Part shown: positions 10,596-20,996 of the stretch, one piece after another | Layout: the number at the start of each line of letters is the position of its first letter | How positions within the stretch are numbered: the first letter of the stretch is position 1 | Assembly: GCA_965216875.1 (NCBI GenBank) | Contig: OZ244207.1 | Span: forward strand, 1,760,001-1,824,000 | Direction of reading: 5' to 3' | DNA from: Rubripirellula sp. | GTDB lineage: Bacteria; Planctomycetota; Planctomycetia; Pirellulales; Pirellulaceae | Length of the DNA stretch: 64,000 nt | Translations under genes and position numbers: made by a program | Notes under the pieces: model-generated | Database searches by the model: none | Told to the model about the DNA's origin: nothing | What the model saw: only the letters and a program-made list of their open reading frames with translations

Positions 10596-11831
10596 ATGAA
10601 GCACAAGAAACCCGTTAACGGCTTTACGCTCGTAGAGCTTCTCGTTGTGATCGCTATTATTGGCGTCTTGGTCGGACTGCTGTTGCCAGCTGTCCAGGCT
10701 GCACGTGAAGCGGCCCGTCGCATGAGTTGCAGCAACAACTTTAAGCAGATCGGCTTGGCCATTCACAACTACCACTCGGCGTACAAACAATTGCCGATGC
10801 ACCTCGGTGGTACAGGCGATGACCTGCAAGGTGCGGATCGCTATTACTTGGCGTCGGACCGTACCAATAATCGTCAGCTCAGCATTTTCGTTGGCTTGAC
10901 CCCATTCTTCGAACAACAAGCACTCTGGGAACAGATTGCTAACCCCAACACGGTTGACCTTTCTAACCCCGGTACGCCGCGTAGTCCTGCTTGGCCGCCG
11001 ATGGGGCCGACACCAACCGACGAAGACAACATCGGGCCTTCGACCAACACGCGTAACACGGCCTACCAGCCTTGGATGACGGAAATTCCAACACTTCGTT
11101 GCCCGAGCGATCCTGGACGTGGTACGCCAGCAATGGGCCGTACGAATTACGCCGCTTGCTTGGGCGATGCCAATCGCTTCCATGACGCTGGGCCTTACTC
11201 CAGCCGATTGGTGCTCGACAGCTACCGTGCTCAAGAGATTCGTGCTTCCGGACGCGGTGTCTTTGTTTCGCGAACGGAATCAAAGTTCCGCGATGTACTT
11301 GATGGTATGTCCAACACGATCATGGCGGCCGAGATCGCCACGGACTTGGGTGACCGCAACATTCGCACGCGGCCAAACAGTTCACCCAGCCCAACAGACA
11401 TTCAAGACTTGCCGACCTTCTGTCGTCCTGACATTGATCCGGAACGACCTCAGTTTTGGGCTCCCGGCGTTTCGACGTTGGTCGCCGAGAACCAATGCCG
11501 CGGTTATCGCTGGGCGAGCGGCAACGCGCCCTTTTCGATGATGAACACCATTTTGCCGCCCAACAAAGAGGTTTGCCTTGCCTTCGGCGCAACTGGGCTC
11601 GGAATTGCTCCTCCAAGCAGCCAGCATCAAGGTGGCGTTCACGTCTTGATGGCGGATGCAGCGGTGATCTTCATTTCCGATTCGATCGAAGCCGGCAACT
11701 CAGATCAGGGTACCGTTCGACGAAGCCGCACTGGCCCACGTGCTCCTGGTCAAGTCAGTCCTTATGGCTTGTGGGGCGCACTTGGCACCAAGGCGAGCAA
11801 AGAGACCATTTCCGAAGAACTCAACCAGTAG
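10596..11831 (+). CDS. DUF1559 family prepilin-type N-terminal cleavage protein
   Basis: [44 protein letters not shown] and an H-X9-D(A) motif. Confidence 0.95.
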   Translation: MKHKKPVNGFTLVELLVVIAIIGVLVGLLLPAVQAAREAARRMSCSNNFKQIGLAIHNYHSAYKQLPMHLGGTGDDLQGADRYYLASDRTNNRQLSIFVGLTPFFEQQALWEQIANPNTVDLSNPGTPRSPAWPPMGPTPTDEDNIGPSTNTRNTAYQPWMTEIPTLRCPSDPGRGTPAMGRTNYAACLGDANRFHDAGPYSSRLVLDSYRAQEIRASGRGVFVSRTESKFRDVLDGMSNTIMAAEIATDLGDRNIRTRPNSSPSPTDIQDLPTFCRPDIDPERPQFWAPGVSTLVAENQCRGYRWASGNAPFSMMNTILPPNKEVCLAFGATGLGIAPPSSQHQGGVHVLMADAAVIFISDSIEAGNSDQGTVRRSRTGPRAPGQVSPYGLWGALGTKASKETISEELNQ

Positions 11832-11850
11832 TCTTCGTTGCAAAAAGAGT

Positions 11851-11882
11851 AAAACGGCGGCCCTCATGGCCGCCGTTTTTTT
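11851..11882 (+). terminator. intrinsic terminator (possibly bidirectional)
   Basis: AAAACGGCGGCC-ctcat-GGCCGCCGTTTTTTT immediately after the DUF1559 stop. Confidence 0.85.
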
Positions 11883-11980
11883 GTGTCCCCATTGAACGAT
11901 TGCTTGTGCGATGGCGGGTGAAATGTCTCGCCGCCCATCACCAAGTGACTCGCCTTTCTCGCTCCATAGGATCTCGATCG

Positions 11981-12496
11981 ATGACCGCTCGACTATTTGC
12001 CGCTTCCTACCTAGCGTTGGTTTCTATCAGCTTCCTCGCCGCCGACGAGATTAAGGTTGGGCAAGCGGCACCTGATTTCGAGGTGACAGGCATCGACGGC
12101 AAGAGCTTCAAACTCTCCGACAAAACGAAAGCGGGCAAGCACGTGGCATTGATGTTTAGCCGCGCTCACTGGTGACCCCATTGCATGAGGCAACTGGTCG
12201 AGTTGCAACGACATGCCGATGAATTCAAAGCACTCGGAGCTGAGCTGGTCTTTGTCTTCCGCGAAGAGGCCGATGGAGTCGATGGGCTTACGAAGATTCG
12301 AGAACGTAGCAAAACGAAGTTCACTCTCGCATTCGAACCCGGCAAGAAATCAACCAAGTTGTACAGCCCGAAGCGGATGACGTTCGACAACTATGTGATT
12401 GACGCTTCAGGTAACGTGCGAGCGATCATCGATGGCACGCTACGCGATCGAGCCACGGCCGCAGAACTCCTCAAGGCGCTGAAGTCCATCGAGTAG
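11981..12496 (+). CDS. secreted AhpC/TSA-type redoxin, probable selenoprotein (UxxC, TGA at 12173-12175)
   Basis: The frame reads ...GQAAPDF...FSRAHW-TGA-P-H-C-MRQLVEL... The TGA sits at the first Cys position of CxxC, and a hairpin follows. Confidence 0.85.
12183..12216 (+). promoter_or_regulatory. putative bacterial SECIS element
   Basis: Apical stem-loop GCAACT-GGTCG-AGTTGC (12190-12206) plus lower stem GCATG/CATGC. The loop G is 21 nt after the TGA. Confidence 0.7.
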
Positions 12497-12506
12497 ACAT
12501 GCTGTG

Positions 12507-14021
12507 TCAGGACCGAGCCGCAGAGGCATCCAGCTCGGCGGCGTCAAAAAGATTCTTCTGTCGCCGATTTTGGTAGGCGGCAATGATGCGATCGCCACCC
12601 ACGATCGCGACAACCATCGCCAATGCGAACGAAGCTGCTAAACCGTGGCCTGGGCCAACGGCTGGAGCGATGACGCCAATCAAACCGGCGATGATCGTAT
12701 TGGGGACCAAGGCACAGATGAAGACGAAATAGGCGATCGCGAGTTGATTGATGCTATTGCGCACCAGCGCCCATGGGATCCAAAGGAATCGGATTCCAAC
12801 CCCAATCGCAATGCCGCTTGCGATGGCGACGAGAACGTCCTCGCTTGGTTTGGAAAGCCAGATCATTAGCGCCCCGGACGGAAACACGATCAGTGACATG
12901 AGGAACAGGTCATCAGCGACGCCACGTAGGCTGATGCGCATCAAGGCACTGAAGTTGACAAGCCCCGTGTTCATCAATGTCACGCCCTTGGTCATTGCAT
13001 AGGTCGATGTAAAGCCGACGATAAAGCAGGCGTTTGCGAATTGAAGCGGACGGGGAATGTTTGCGAGTACGTTCATTGCATCCGTTGCGGTCATGGCCAG
13101 GGTCAAGAAGAGGGCGGCCGCAACCGCGAACCATCGACATCGGCGCCATTGGGACGCTGGCAAAAACTCAGAAGGTTTGGGCGTTCTGATCTCGCGTCGG
13201 ATCCGCCTTCGCAACGGTTCAACTTGCTGCTCGTTTTGGCAGTCTTTTTGCTGTGGGTTCACGAAGTTCAAGTTGCCCAGGATGGGCTGATCACGGTCAG
13301 GCAGATTTCGCCGCGCCTCTGAGAGACGTCGCAGATAGAGAGGCGATGGTCGGACACACCGTACCGCGAGAAGTTTCGAGGAGAGCACGGCGATGCCTAG
13401 CGGCAGGCGCGCGTCGCCTGTCAATTCGATCAGCCACGTTGGGACGGCTGCCAATAGAACGGACGGAGTCGCGACAAAGACGGCGAAATGAAAGTCGCCA
13501 ATCAGCGGCAGACCATGGAGCGCAACAAAGAGTAGGGAGATTTCCACCCAGAAGAAAACAACGAACACTCGGCTCAGCCGTCCACTGCGCACAAGCGCCC
13601 ATCGTCCGACCGACAACGCAATGCCAATCATCATCCATTGCCACACGAGGTTTGCCAGGACGGTCAACAATGGTGCTCGCGACGCCAGGGCCAAGCACGC
13701 GATCGCAGCGACCAACACCACGGCGCACACCCCATAGCTGCGCTGGCGATTGACGATCTCTCGGACCAGATCACTGTGGCGGACGGGGATATTCAACTGC
13801 AATCGGCGCATCCGCGTTTGCGTCGGCACAACAGCCGGTCCGACGACCATCAACGTCAACGCCTGGATGATGACGCCACCAATACTTGCCAACGCTTCGA
13901 TTGGACGAGCGATCGGATCTTTGGCGACCAACCAGAGCAAAAAGCCAAAGAACGCCGCCAGGAAAATGCCAACCACGGCGATCGCCAGACGATCGGCTTG
14001 CGATGATTCCTTTCGCGTCAC
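12507..14021 (-). CDS. multi-pass membrane protein, likely ABC permease partner
   Basis: Many hydrophobic helices; start overlaps the ABC ATPase stop. Confidence 0.7.
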   Translation of the reverse strand: MTRKESSQADRLAIAVVGIFLAAFFGFLLWLVAKDPIARPIEALASIGGVIIQALTLMVVGPAVVPTQTRMRRLQLNIPVRHSDLVREIVNRQRSYGVCAVVLVAAIACLALASRAPLLTVLANLVWQWMMIGIALSVGRWALVRSGRLSRVFVVFFWVEISLLFVALHGLPLIGDFHFAVFVATPSVLLAAVPTWLIELTGDARLPLGIAVLSSKLLAVRCVRPSPLYLRRLSEARRNLPDRDQPILGNLNFVNPQQKDCQNEQQVEPLRRRIRREIRTPKPSEFLPASQWRRCRWFAVAAALFLTLAMTATDAMNVLANIPRPLQFANACFIVGFTSTYAMTKGVTLMNTGLVNFSALMRISLRGVADDLFLMSLIVFPSGALMIWLSKPSEDVLVAIASGIAIGVGIRFLWIPWALVRNSINQLAIAYFVFICALVPNTIIAGLIGVIAPAVGPGHGLAASFALAMVVAIVGGDRIIAAYQNRRQKNLFDAAELDASAARS

Positions 14022-14788
14022 CGTAAGGCGTCCTCTTGCGCGACGGCAGCGGTCAACCCGCGAACGATGGCCGCCAGTTGTTCGTCACGCATGTCGACGC
14101 GATCGACAATTCCGTGGGCCGGACCGTCATAAGCCAGGTGAGTGTCATGAATCACAAGCACTTGGTCTGCAAGTCGCGCCGCATGTGCAGGCCACTGACT
14201 TGTGAAGACAACCGTGCCACCCCGCGCGACCTGCTTGCCTATCTGGTCTTCAAGCACTTCGATTCCTTGAGCGTCGAGGCCCCATTGGTGCGGTTCATCA
14301 AGAAACCAAATCGGCGGCGCGACGACGAATAGTGTCGCGAGCCAAAGTTTCATCGCCTCCCCACGCGAGAAACGTTCCTTGTTGCTGGTCTTGGCCGCTA
14401 AACGAAAATGGTCCAGCCACTTCTCCACCTCGTCCTCAACGCCAACCTCATCGCGACCGTACATGGACAGCACGCGGCCGACATGTTTTGCCGCCGATTG
14501 TGTGACGAGCGGCAAATCGGGCTCGAGAAACATGAACTGCTTGCGAAGACCAAAGGTGCCCAAACGTATTTTTCGGCCGTCGTATTGGACCGATCCTTCG
14601 GTGGGCCGCAGGTTCCCCGCGATGGCTTTCAAGAGCGTGGTTTTGCCGGCGCCGTTTGCGCCGAGGATGCAAACGCTGGTTCCCGGATCGATCGTGGTCG
14701 AGATCTCGTGCAGTACCCAGTGGGTCGAAAAGATCCGCCCAAAACGATCAAGTTCAATCTTCACCAACAACTCCCTGTTTCTGTCCAT
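14018..14788 (-). CDS. ABC transporter ATP-binding protein
   Basis: Walker A GANGAGKTT, signature FSRGE and Walker B WFLDEP. Confidence 0.9.
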   Translation of the reverse strand: MDRNRELLVKIELDRFGRIFSTHWVLHEISTTIDPGTSVCILGANGAGKTTLLKAIAGNLRPTEGSVQYDGRKIRLGTFGLRKQFMFLEPDLPLVTQSAAKHVGRVLSMYGRDEVGVEDEVEKWLDHFRLAAKTSNKERFSRGEAMKLWLATLFVVAPPIWFLDEPHQWGLDAQGIEVLEDQIGKQVARGGTVVFTSQWPAHAARLADQVLVIHDTHLAYDGPAHGIVDRVDMRDEQLAAIVRGLTAAVAQEDALR

Positions 14789-14935
14789 CTGTTGGGCACA
14801 AAACAGTCAGGCCTTGGGCGCGCAGGGACGCATTGATTTTGCAACGGTCTGCTCTTGAAATGTGGGTTGATGCCGACACCATTGTGCACGACATTGTCCG
14901 CCCATTCTTTTCGCCTCGTTCCCATCACCCTACGC

Positions 14936-16075
14936 ATGCCCGCAACCGAGAAGACACCGTCGTTCAGTTTGAAGGATGAACTATTCAATCGCGAACGGAT
15001 CAAGTTCCTTGCATCCTGCTTCGGCGGAAGTGATGCAAGTTTCGACGAAGCACGGTTTGTGCGCACTTCGATGAAAGGCCTCAAGGCTCTCGAATTGAAA
15101 CAGCGGATCGTCCACATCTCGAAGTGCCTTGACGGGCAACTTGATGATCGTTTTCCAGTGGCGGCCAAACAAATCGTTGCCGCTCTTCCGGCGCCACTCG
15201 ATCCAACCAAGTCAGATGACGACTTTGGGGATTTCATTATCGCACCGCTCGGTGATTACGTGGTCCGCCATGGGCTAACGAAGAAGCACCTGGCAACTTC
15301 GCTGCGGACACTCAAGCAATTGACGATGCGTTTCTCGATGGAAGATGCAATTCGCTACTTCATCAACGCGTTCCCCAGCGAGACGCTCGAGACGCTTGGG
15401 AAATGGTCACGCGACAAGAACTATCACGTTCACCGGTTGGTAAGTGAAGGCACGCGTCCCAAGCTGCCTTGGTCGGGTCGAGTTTCAATCGACCCCGCCG
15501 TGCCCTTGCCGCTGTTGGACACGCTACACAGCGACCCGACACGTTACGTCACGCGATCAGTGGCCAACCACTTGAATGACATCGCCAAAGACGATCCGGC
15601 CACGGTCATCAAAACGCTTCGTGGATGGAAACAGGCGAAACGGCAGGATGCGGTGGAATTGCAGTGGATGACCGGGCACGCACTCCGGACCCTTGTGAAA
15701 CGCGGCGATCGTGATGCTTTGAAGCTGCTGGGGTTTCGTGACAATCCCAAGATCTCGGTTAGCAATTTCTCGCTTGCGCCCGCGTCGGTCCGGCCGGGAG
15801 AGGCGATCGAATTTGAATTTGACATCAGCGCGCAGCGCAATGAATCGCTGCTCATTGATTACCAAGTCTTTTTTGTGAAGGCCAACGGCACGTTGGCGCC
15901 CAAAGTCCACAAGCTGCGGACGCTCGAACTGGGCAAGGGCGACACCGTGACTGTCAAAAAGCGGCATCCTTTTCGGGCAAACGCGACGACCTACACGCTC
16001 TATCCCGGCACACACAAGATCGTATTGCAGATCAACGGCAAAGCATTTGGCGAGTTGGCGTTTGAGATGACTTGA
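14936..16075 (+). CDS. DNA alkylation repair protein (AlkC-like HEAT-repeat glycosylase)
   Basis: LELKQR, RLVSEGTRPKLPW and YVTRSVANHLNDIAKD, with a C-terminal Ig-like extension. Confidence 0.85.
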   Translation: MPATEKTPSFSLKDELFNRERIKFLASCFGGSDASFDEARFVRTSMKGLKALELKQRIVHISKCLDGQLDDRFPVAAKQIVAALPAPLDPTKSDDDFGDFIIAPLGDYVVRHGLTKKHLATSLRTLKQLTMRFSMEDAIRYFINAFPSETLETLGKWSRDKNYHVHRLVSEGTRPKLPWSGRVSIDPAVPLPLLDTLHSDPTRYVTRSVANHLNDIAKDDPATVIKTLRGWKQAKRQDAVELQWMTGHALRTLVKRGDRDALKLLGFRDNPKISVSNFSLAPASVRPGEAIEFEFDISAQRNESLLIDYQVFFVKANGTLAPKVHKLRTLELGKGDTVTVKKRHPFRANATTYTLYPGTHKIVLQINGKAFGELAFEMT

Positions 16076-16172
16076 TCGAGTTGTGACGGGGCGTTTGCTT
16101 CATCAGTGTGCGTTTCACTACAATTCGGCCTGTCACTCTTCGATAAACACCACTTTTGTTCATGCTCGAACC

Positions 16173-16370
16173 ATGCTCGATCCTTCAATCAGTCACGTTT
16201 TGGTTCGAGCAATTCAATATGGGCTGTGTGGCATGGTCGTCGCCCTGGCCATGCGTGCGATCCATCGCGATCAAAAAGAGCCGAGCCTCGGTCAGTCGGC
16301 GGCGGTCGGATTCTTGATTGGCGCCAGCTGGGGCGCCTTTGTCGGGATCTTTCAAGCGTTGACCAAGTGA
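16173..16370 (+). CDS. small two-helix membrane protein
   Basis: 65-aa hydrophobic ORF downstream of the AlkC-like gene. Confidence 0.45.
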   Translation: MLDPSISHVLVRAIQYGLCGMVVALAMRAIHRDQKEPSLGQSAAVGFLIGASWGAFVGIFQALTK

Positions 16371-16391
16371 ATGATTGGTCGCGGCTCGATC

Positions 16392-17093
16392 TTATTGCTG
16401 GTTCAGATCGATTAAGCCTTCCCCGGCCAGACGCACCGATTGCATTTGCACCGTCAGCACACGGTCGCGAGCGGCTTCGCGGCGAGCAAGATCCTCTTCG
16501 AGCTCGACGATGCGTTGTTTGATGCGGTTGAGCTCCTTGCGTCGGTTTTGAATCGATTCGTCGTAGCGTTTTTGGAATGCTTCTTGAACGTAAAGCATCA
16601 GTGTTGCTTTGACGTCCTGGTCTTTCGCTTCTCGCAGTTTGCGAATCGCTTGCTTGAGTCCCCGGCGAAATTGAGATTCGGCAGCCGAACTTGGCATCCC
16701 TCCCATCATCCCGGGCCCGCCCATCTCCATGCCCATCTCCATTTCCATGCCGTAGCCTTCGGCACCCATGCCGCCATCATCGTAGGTATCTTCGCCCATC
16801 ATCATGCCCATCATGTCCATTCCGCCCATCATTGCCTCGGACGGTTGCGGCTTGAAGGGATTGGGAACCTTCGGATTGGGAATGTTTTGATTCGTTTTGG
16901 GAGCTTGGTTTGCGTTGGCAGGCGCAGCATCGTAGACAGCGACCCCAAACTCGTCGGCGGCGATTGCGGCCTCGCCGAATTCTGCTCCGAAGCCAGGTGT
17001 CGATGCGCTACCGGGTTGCGTTCCGATCGATTGTGATTGGGCCGTCGCAAGCGGTACGACGACAAAGACGAGAAGGAAAAGGTGTCGAGTCAT
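16392..17093 (-). CDS. exported hypothetical protein with a Met/Gly-rich tract and coiled coil
   Basis: Signal peptide and MMGGMDMMGMMMG; third gene of the ECF-kinase operon. Confidence 0.75.
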   Translation of the reverse strand: MTRHLFLLVFVVVPLATAQSQSIGTQPGSASTPGFGAEFGEAAIAADEFGVAVYDAAPANANQAPKTNQNIPNPKVPNPFKPQPSEAMMGGMDMMGMMMGEDTYDDGGMGAEGYGMEMEMGMEMGGPGMMGGMPSSAAESQFRRGLKQAIRKLREAKDQDVKATLMLYVQEAFQKRYDESIQNRRKELNRIKQRIVELEEDLARREAARDRVLTVQMQSVRLAGEGLIDLNQQ

Positions 17094-17120
17094 GGTTCCC
17101 ACCGTTTGAGAGAAAAGGGT

Positions 17121-18677
17121 TTAGTTTTGGAGCACGAACGGACTTGGCGTCGACTCGAGTCGTTTGACGGACCGTTGAAGACGAAGAAGTTCGGTGTCGA
17201 AGCTAGTGAAATCAGGTTCCGAGACCACAAACGGGGCATCATTGACGTTCAGCCCGTCGATTCGGTTGCGGAGGTTTGCGGCTTCCTGTCGAAGTCGCGG
17301 GAAGGCTGATCGCAAGTCGAGACGGTTCGGTTGCACGCCGACTTGGTGTAGCGACTGATCAATGCGGCGGACGTCTTGCCTGAATTGGGCTTCGCCCGCA
17401 CCACTGCTGGTTGCGAGTTGGATCGAAACGCGATCGGCGTATTGTTCAAGCTGCTTCGAGTTCGAACGGCCGGCCTCGGAAGCGGAAGGACCACGGAAAC
17501 CTTGGCTCATTGAGATTCCTGCGATCGCAATCAGTAGGGTCCCGGCAATGGCCACAGCCGTTTTTCGCCAACGCGGGTGATGGAAGAAACGCACACTCTT
17601 TCCCTGTTCGTGTTCACGAATGGAGCGGGCAATTTGGTCGCTGACATCTTGGCAATCTTTCGGCCTTCGGTCGGGCGATTTGGACAATAGCCGGCGCACG
17701 AGAGAGACAAAGCTCGGCGGGAGGTCGGTGCGGTGATCCTGCAGCGGTTTCGCCGGTGCGTTGGCCACGGCGTGCAGCACGGCAAGCGTGCTGTCAGCGT
17801 CGAAGGGGGCTTTGCCAGTGGAAAGGAAGTAGAGCAACGCGCCGAGACTGAAGAGGTCGCTGCGATGGTCCACCGAGTCGCCGCGGATTTGTTCGGGACT
17901 CATGTAGTGGGGCGTCCCCGCGATCACACCCGTGCGAGTCAACATGGTGCTATCGGCTGCTTGTGCGAGACCAAAATCGGTGATCCATACCCGTTCGATG
18001 TTTTCACCGACCAAGACATTGCCCGGCTTGATGTCTCGATGAACGAGCCCGCGGCGATGGGCTGCGGCCAGTCCTTCGGCAAGTTGACCCGCAACACGCA
18101 AGATGGTTGAAACATCGGGATGGCCATTCCGTTGCACCCAGCGGTCAAGCGTTAGACCAGGGACGTAGCGCATGACCAAGTAGGGGAGGTTTGCCGTTGC
18201 TTCGACGTTGTAGATCGGGATCACGTTGTCATGCGAAACGCTCGCGGCCGCTTTGGCCTCGCGGGCGAAGCGACGACGCGCCGATTCCGAAGCCGCCCAA
18301 CAAGGGGCCATGACCTTGATCGCAACCGTGCGGTGAAGGTCGACGTCGTGGCCACGAAGCACGATGCCCATCCCACCATTGCCGATCACTCCTTCGACGT
18401 CGTACTTGCCGATGCGGCCAAGCATTTCGGGATGAGACGGCTCGTCAAGGAAACTCAAATCAATCGGAAGCGGGATCGGCTGATCCACGTCGGTGTCCTC
18501 GTCACCCGACAACCACGTACGAGCCTCTTGCCACCAATCAGGTTGGCCACCGATTTCAGCAAGCGCGTCTCGGCACTGCGGGCAATGCTCGAGGTGATCG
18601 GCAATGGCATCACATTCGCTGCCAGGGTCTTTCCCTTGAGTGACCAATTGCGTTAGAGCGGCGACATCGCACTTCAT
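17121..18677 (-). CDS. Hanks-type Ser/Thr kinase with N-terminal HxxxCxxC motif and a TM helix
   Basis: IGNGGMG, VAIK, HRDIKPGN, TDFGLA and GTPHYMSPE. ATGA overlap with the sigma factor stop. Confidence 0.93.
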   Translation of the reverse strand: MKCDVAALTQLVTQGKDPGSECDAIADHLEHCPQCRDALAEIGGQPDWWQEARTWLSGDEDTDVDQPIPLPIDLSFLDEPSHPEMLGRIGKYDVEGVIGNGGMGIVLRGHDVDLHRTVAIKVMAPCWAASESARRRFAREAKAAASVSHDNVIPIYNVEATANLPYLVMRYVPGLTLDRWVQRNGHPDVSTILRVAGQLAEGLAAAHRRGLVHRDIKPGNVLVGENIERVWITDFGLAQAADSTMLTRTGVIAGTPHYMSPEQIRGDSVDHRSDLFSLGALLYFLSTGKAPFDADSTLAVLHAVANAPAKPLQDHRTDLPPSFVSLVRRLLSKSPDRRPKDCQDVSDQIARSIREHEQGKSVRFFHHPRWRKTAVAIAGTLLIAIAGISMSQGFRGPSASEAGRSNSKQLEQYADRVSIQLATSSGAGEAQFRQDVRRIDQSLHQVGVQPNRLDLRSAFPRLRQEAANLRNRIDGLNVNDAPFVVSEPDFTSFDTELLRLQRSVKRLESTPSPFVLQN

Positions 18678-19309
18678 GAATCGCTCCTTGAATCGGTTGT
18701 CGGCGCACTCGACTCGGACTCCGTCCCAATCCAAGCCTGCACTTCTTTTCGTAAACGCGACATCACACGGCTTCGCGCGACGTACACCATGCCTTCTCGC
18801 CAGCCGAGAGTCTTTGCGACGTCTTGTGTGGACTGGCCTTCCACTGCCGTCATGTGAAACGCGTCCCAAGTTCTCGGCTGCACTTGCGATTGCACACGTT
18901 TGGCCGCCCAGCGGTAGACCTGTTGCTTCTGTTCAAAATCCCAGACGCTCTCCGAGGAACAGGGCGACGCTTGCTGATCGAGCCATTGATGAACGTCGCT
19001 GTCGCCGCTGCCTCGCTGTCGGAAACCGCGACTGGAAAGATGGTCGGCGAGCCTCCGTCGTGCGATGGTGGCGAGCCAACCGCGAAACGCGCCCTCGTGT
19101 TCGCGCTCGAAGCGGCCTACCGATTTTGAGACGGCGATGAGCGTCTCTTGCACGATTTCGCTGGCGTCGGAGTCTTGCAATCCCCACCGTCGTGCCAGTT
19201 GCAACAACATCGGTTGGTAGATTTCCAGAAACTCGGCCCAGGCTAATTCATCAACGGGGTCACCCAACCGAAGGATCAGGCTGTCGCGAGTATCAGGGTT
19301 TATGGCCAA
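18674..19309 (-). CDS. ECF sigma-70 factor (kinase-associated type)
   Basis: TRDSLILRL, AWAEF..IYQP, DASEIVQE, FRGWL and VYVARSRV. Confidence 0.9.
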   Translation of the reverse strand: MAINPDTRDSLILRLGDPVDELAWAEFLEIYQPMLLQLARRWGLQDSDASEIVQETLIAVSKSVGRFEREHEGAFRGWLATIARRRLADHLSSRGFRQRGSGDSDVHQWLDQQASPCSSESVWDFEQKQQVYRWAAKRVQSQVQPRTWDAFHMTAVEGQSTQDVAKTLGWREGMVYVARSRVMSRLRKEVQAWIGTESESSAPTTDSRSDS

Positions 19310-19519
19310 AGTTCACCTCCGCCAAGTTCTTCCGGGCGCTGAGAGTTCATCCGACTGATTTCGACAATCTTGCACGCCAAGCCTTCATTTTGACGAAAAA
19401 GTCGCGAACGGTCTTCGTTCGTAGTCCCAGCCATAGCCGAAATCTCGAGTCTTCGTTCGTAGTACCGGCTTCAGCCGGAATCTTCCGCACGCTCCGCTAG
19501 AAGCCGGGCGACAAACCGT

Positions 19520-20659
19520 TTACCGCTCATCGCGATTTCCGCTCAATTGGTCGGCGATTTTTCCGGCTAGGTATTCTGCGTCTCGCCCGACACCGTAAAG
19601 CAAGTGAGACCCGACGCTGTGCTGGAACTTGAGGCCAAGGAAATAGAGTCCCTTTCGCGCCGTGACGCCGCGCTGATGTCGCGGTTGCCCAAGTAGCGGT
19701 CGCTCGTCATCAAACACGTCACTGCGACGCTCGATTTGGATCCAGTCATAGCGAGGACGAAAGCCGGTGCACCAGATGATTTGCAGGTCATCCAACGGGA
19801 TCTTGTTTCCACATTTTGCGACCAGGTGATTGTCGTTTTGTCCCTCAATGCGCTCAGTCAGACGCACGCCGAACTGCTTTGCGAGTGCCTCGGGTGATGG
19901 AGCCATTGCAATGTCACCCCGGCTGGGATCAAACCCCAGTCGTTTCCAAAGTAGGGAACCACGCCGCACATTGAAGACGCCGGTGATCCGCGAAAGAACA
20001 CCGATCGGTATTCCCGCAACGCGCCATGGCAGCACTTTGTTTCCGCTCGTTGCCAACCAAACGTTCTCGAAGCGGTTGGAACGAACGAGGTCTTCGCAAA
20101 TCTGAATCCCGCTACTGCCGCTACCAACGACCATCACATTGCGAGCTTCGATTTGGTGAGCGTTTCGGAATTGAGACGAGTGAAGCTGTAGCGTCTGCGA
20201 AGGAAGGTCGTTTGCGAACGTAGGAATCTTGGGATGCGAAGCAATTCCCGTGCAGGCGACGACGGCGCGAACATGAAAAACGCCCGCTGTTGTTTCGCAC
20301 TTCCAGCCATCGTCTGATTCGGTGACGCGATGAACATTCACTCCTTCCCGAATGGGAAAACTGCCGCCAGCGAGATAGCGATCGAGATAGTTGAGCACTG
20401 CTTTGCGATCGGCAATGTCGTACCAACGTTGGTCCGGTGCAAAACGGGCATCGCAGCCCGCGAGTTGGTTCATCCAGTTCGCCGTGTTCATTCGGAATGA
20501 ATCCCAACGACCGTGCCATGCACTGAATGCACGATCTCGCTCCAACACCGCGTGATCGATCCCGGCTCGGCTCAGGAAATGGCTCAGCGAAAGTCCCGCT
20601 TGCCCGCCGCCCACGATCGCGACGTCATGACGGTGTTCAACGATATCTGAATCACTCAC
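19520..20659 (-). CDS. flavin-containing monooxygenase-like oxidoreductase
   Basis: GGGQAG, QLHSSQF, VVGSGSSG and WCTGF. Confidence 0.85.
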   Translation of the reverse strand: MSDSDIVEHRHDVAIVGGGQAGLSLSHFLSRAGIDHAVLERDRAFSAWHGRWDSFRMNTANWMNQLAGCDARFAPDQRWYDIADRKAVLNYLDRYLAGGSFPIREGVNVHRVTESDDGWKCETTAGVFHVRAVVACTGIASHPKIPTFANDLPSQTLQLHSSQFRNAHQIEARNVMVVGSGSSGIQICEDLVRSNRFENVWLATSGNKVLPWRVAGIPIGVLSRITGVFNVRRGSLLWKRLGFDPSRGDIAMAPSPEALAKQFGVRLTERIEGQNDNHLVAKCGNKIPLDDLQIIWCTGFRPRYDWIQIERRSDVFDDERPLLGQPRHQRGVTARKGLYFLGLKFQHSVGSHLLYGVGRDAEYLAGKIADQLSGNRDER

Positions 20660-20996
20660 GGTTGCTTCGGCGCGGCTTGGATAGGGAACTCATCGCGACC
20701 AAATGATGGGAAAGAACCCGATTTGTCCTTCATCATCAGCATGCGGTTGAGCGGCCCATTTGCAAGGAGGCGTATGCCCCACCAGGAGGGTTCTAGTGCG
20801 GAAATCGAACATTTTCCGGACAAATCGGAGGTGATTCTTTGCTTGCGCCTGCATTCAGCTTGAAGGCGCTAATTCACGTCACAATAATCATTTCTTAACA
20901 AACCACGACCTTTTCAAGACATTCTAGCCACCGAGTTACGTGGGTTTGTTCAACCTCGGTTGGCGATGACGTGCATTGATCTTCCCCTCCGGATTT

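Noticed and set aside
11456..11980. N-terminal part of the 239-aa ORF 11456-12175
   Set aside because: It overlaps DUF1559 and crosses its terminator; the likely start is ATG 11981.
17121..18869. 582-aa version of the kinase
   Set aside because: It overlaps the sigma gene by about 200 bp; the ATGA-coupled start at 18677 is more plausible.
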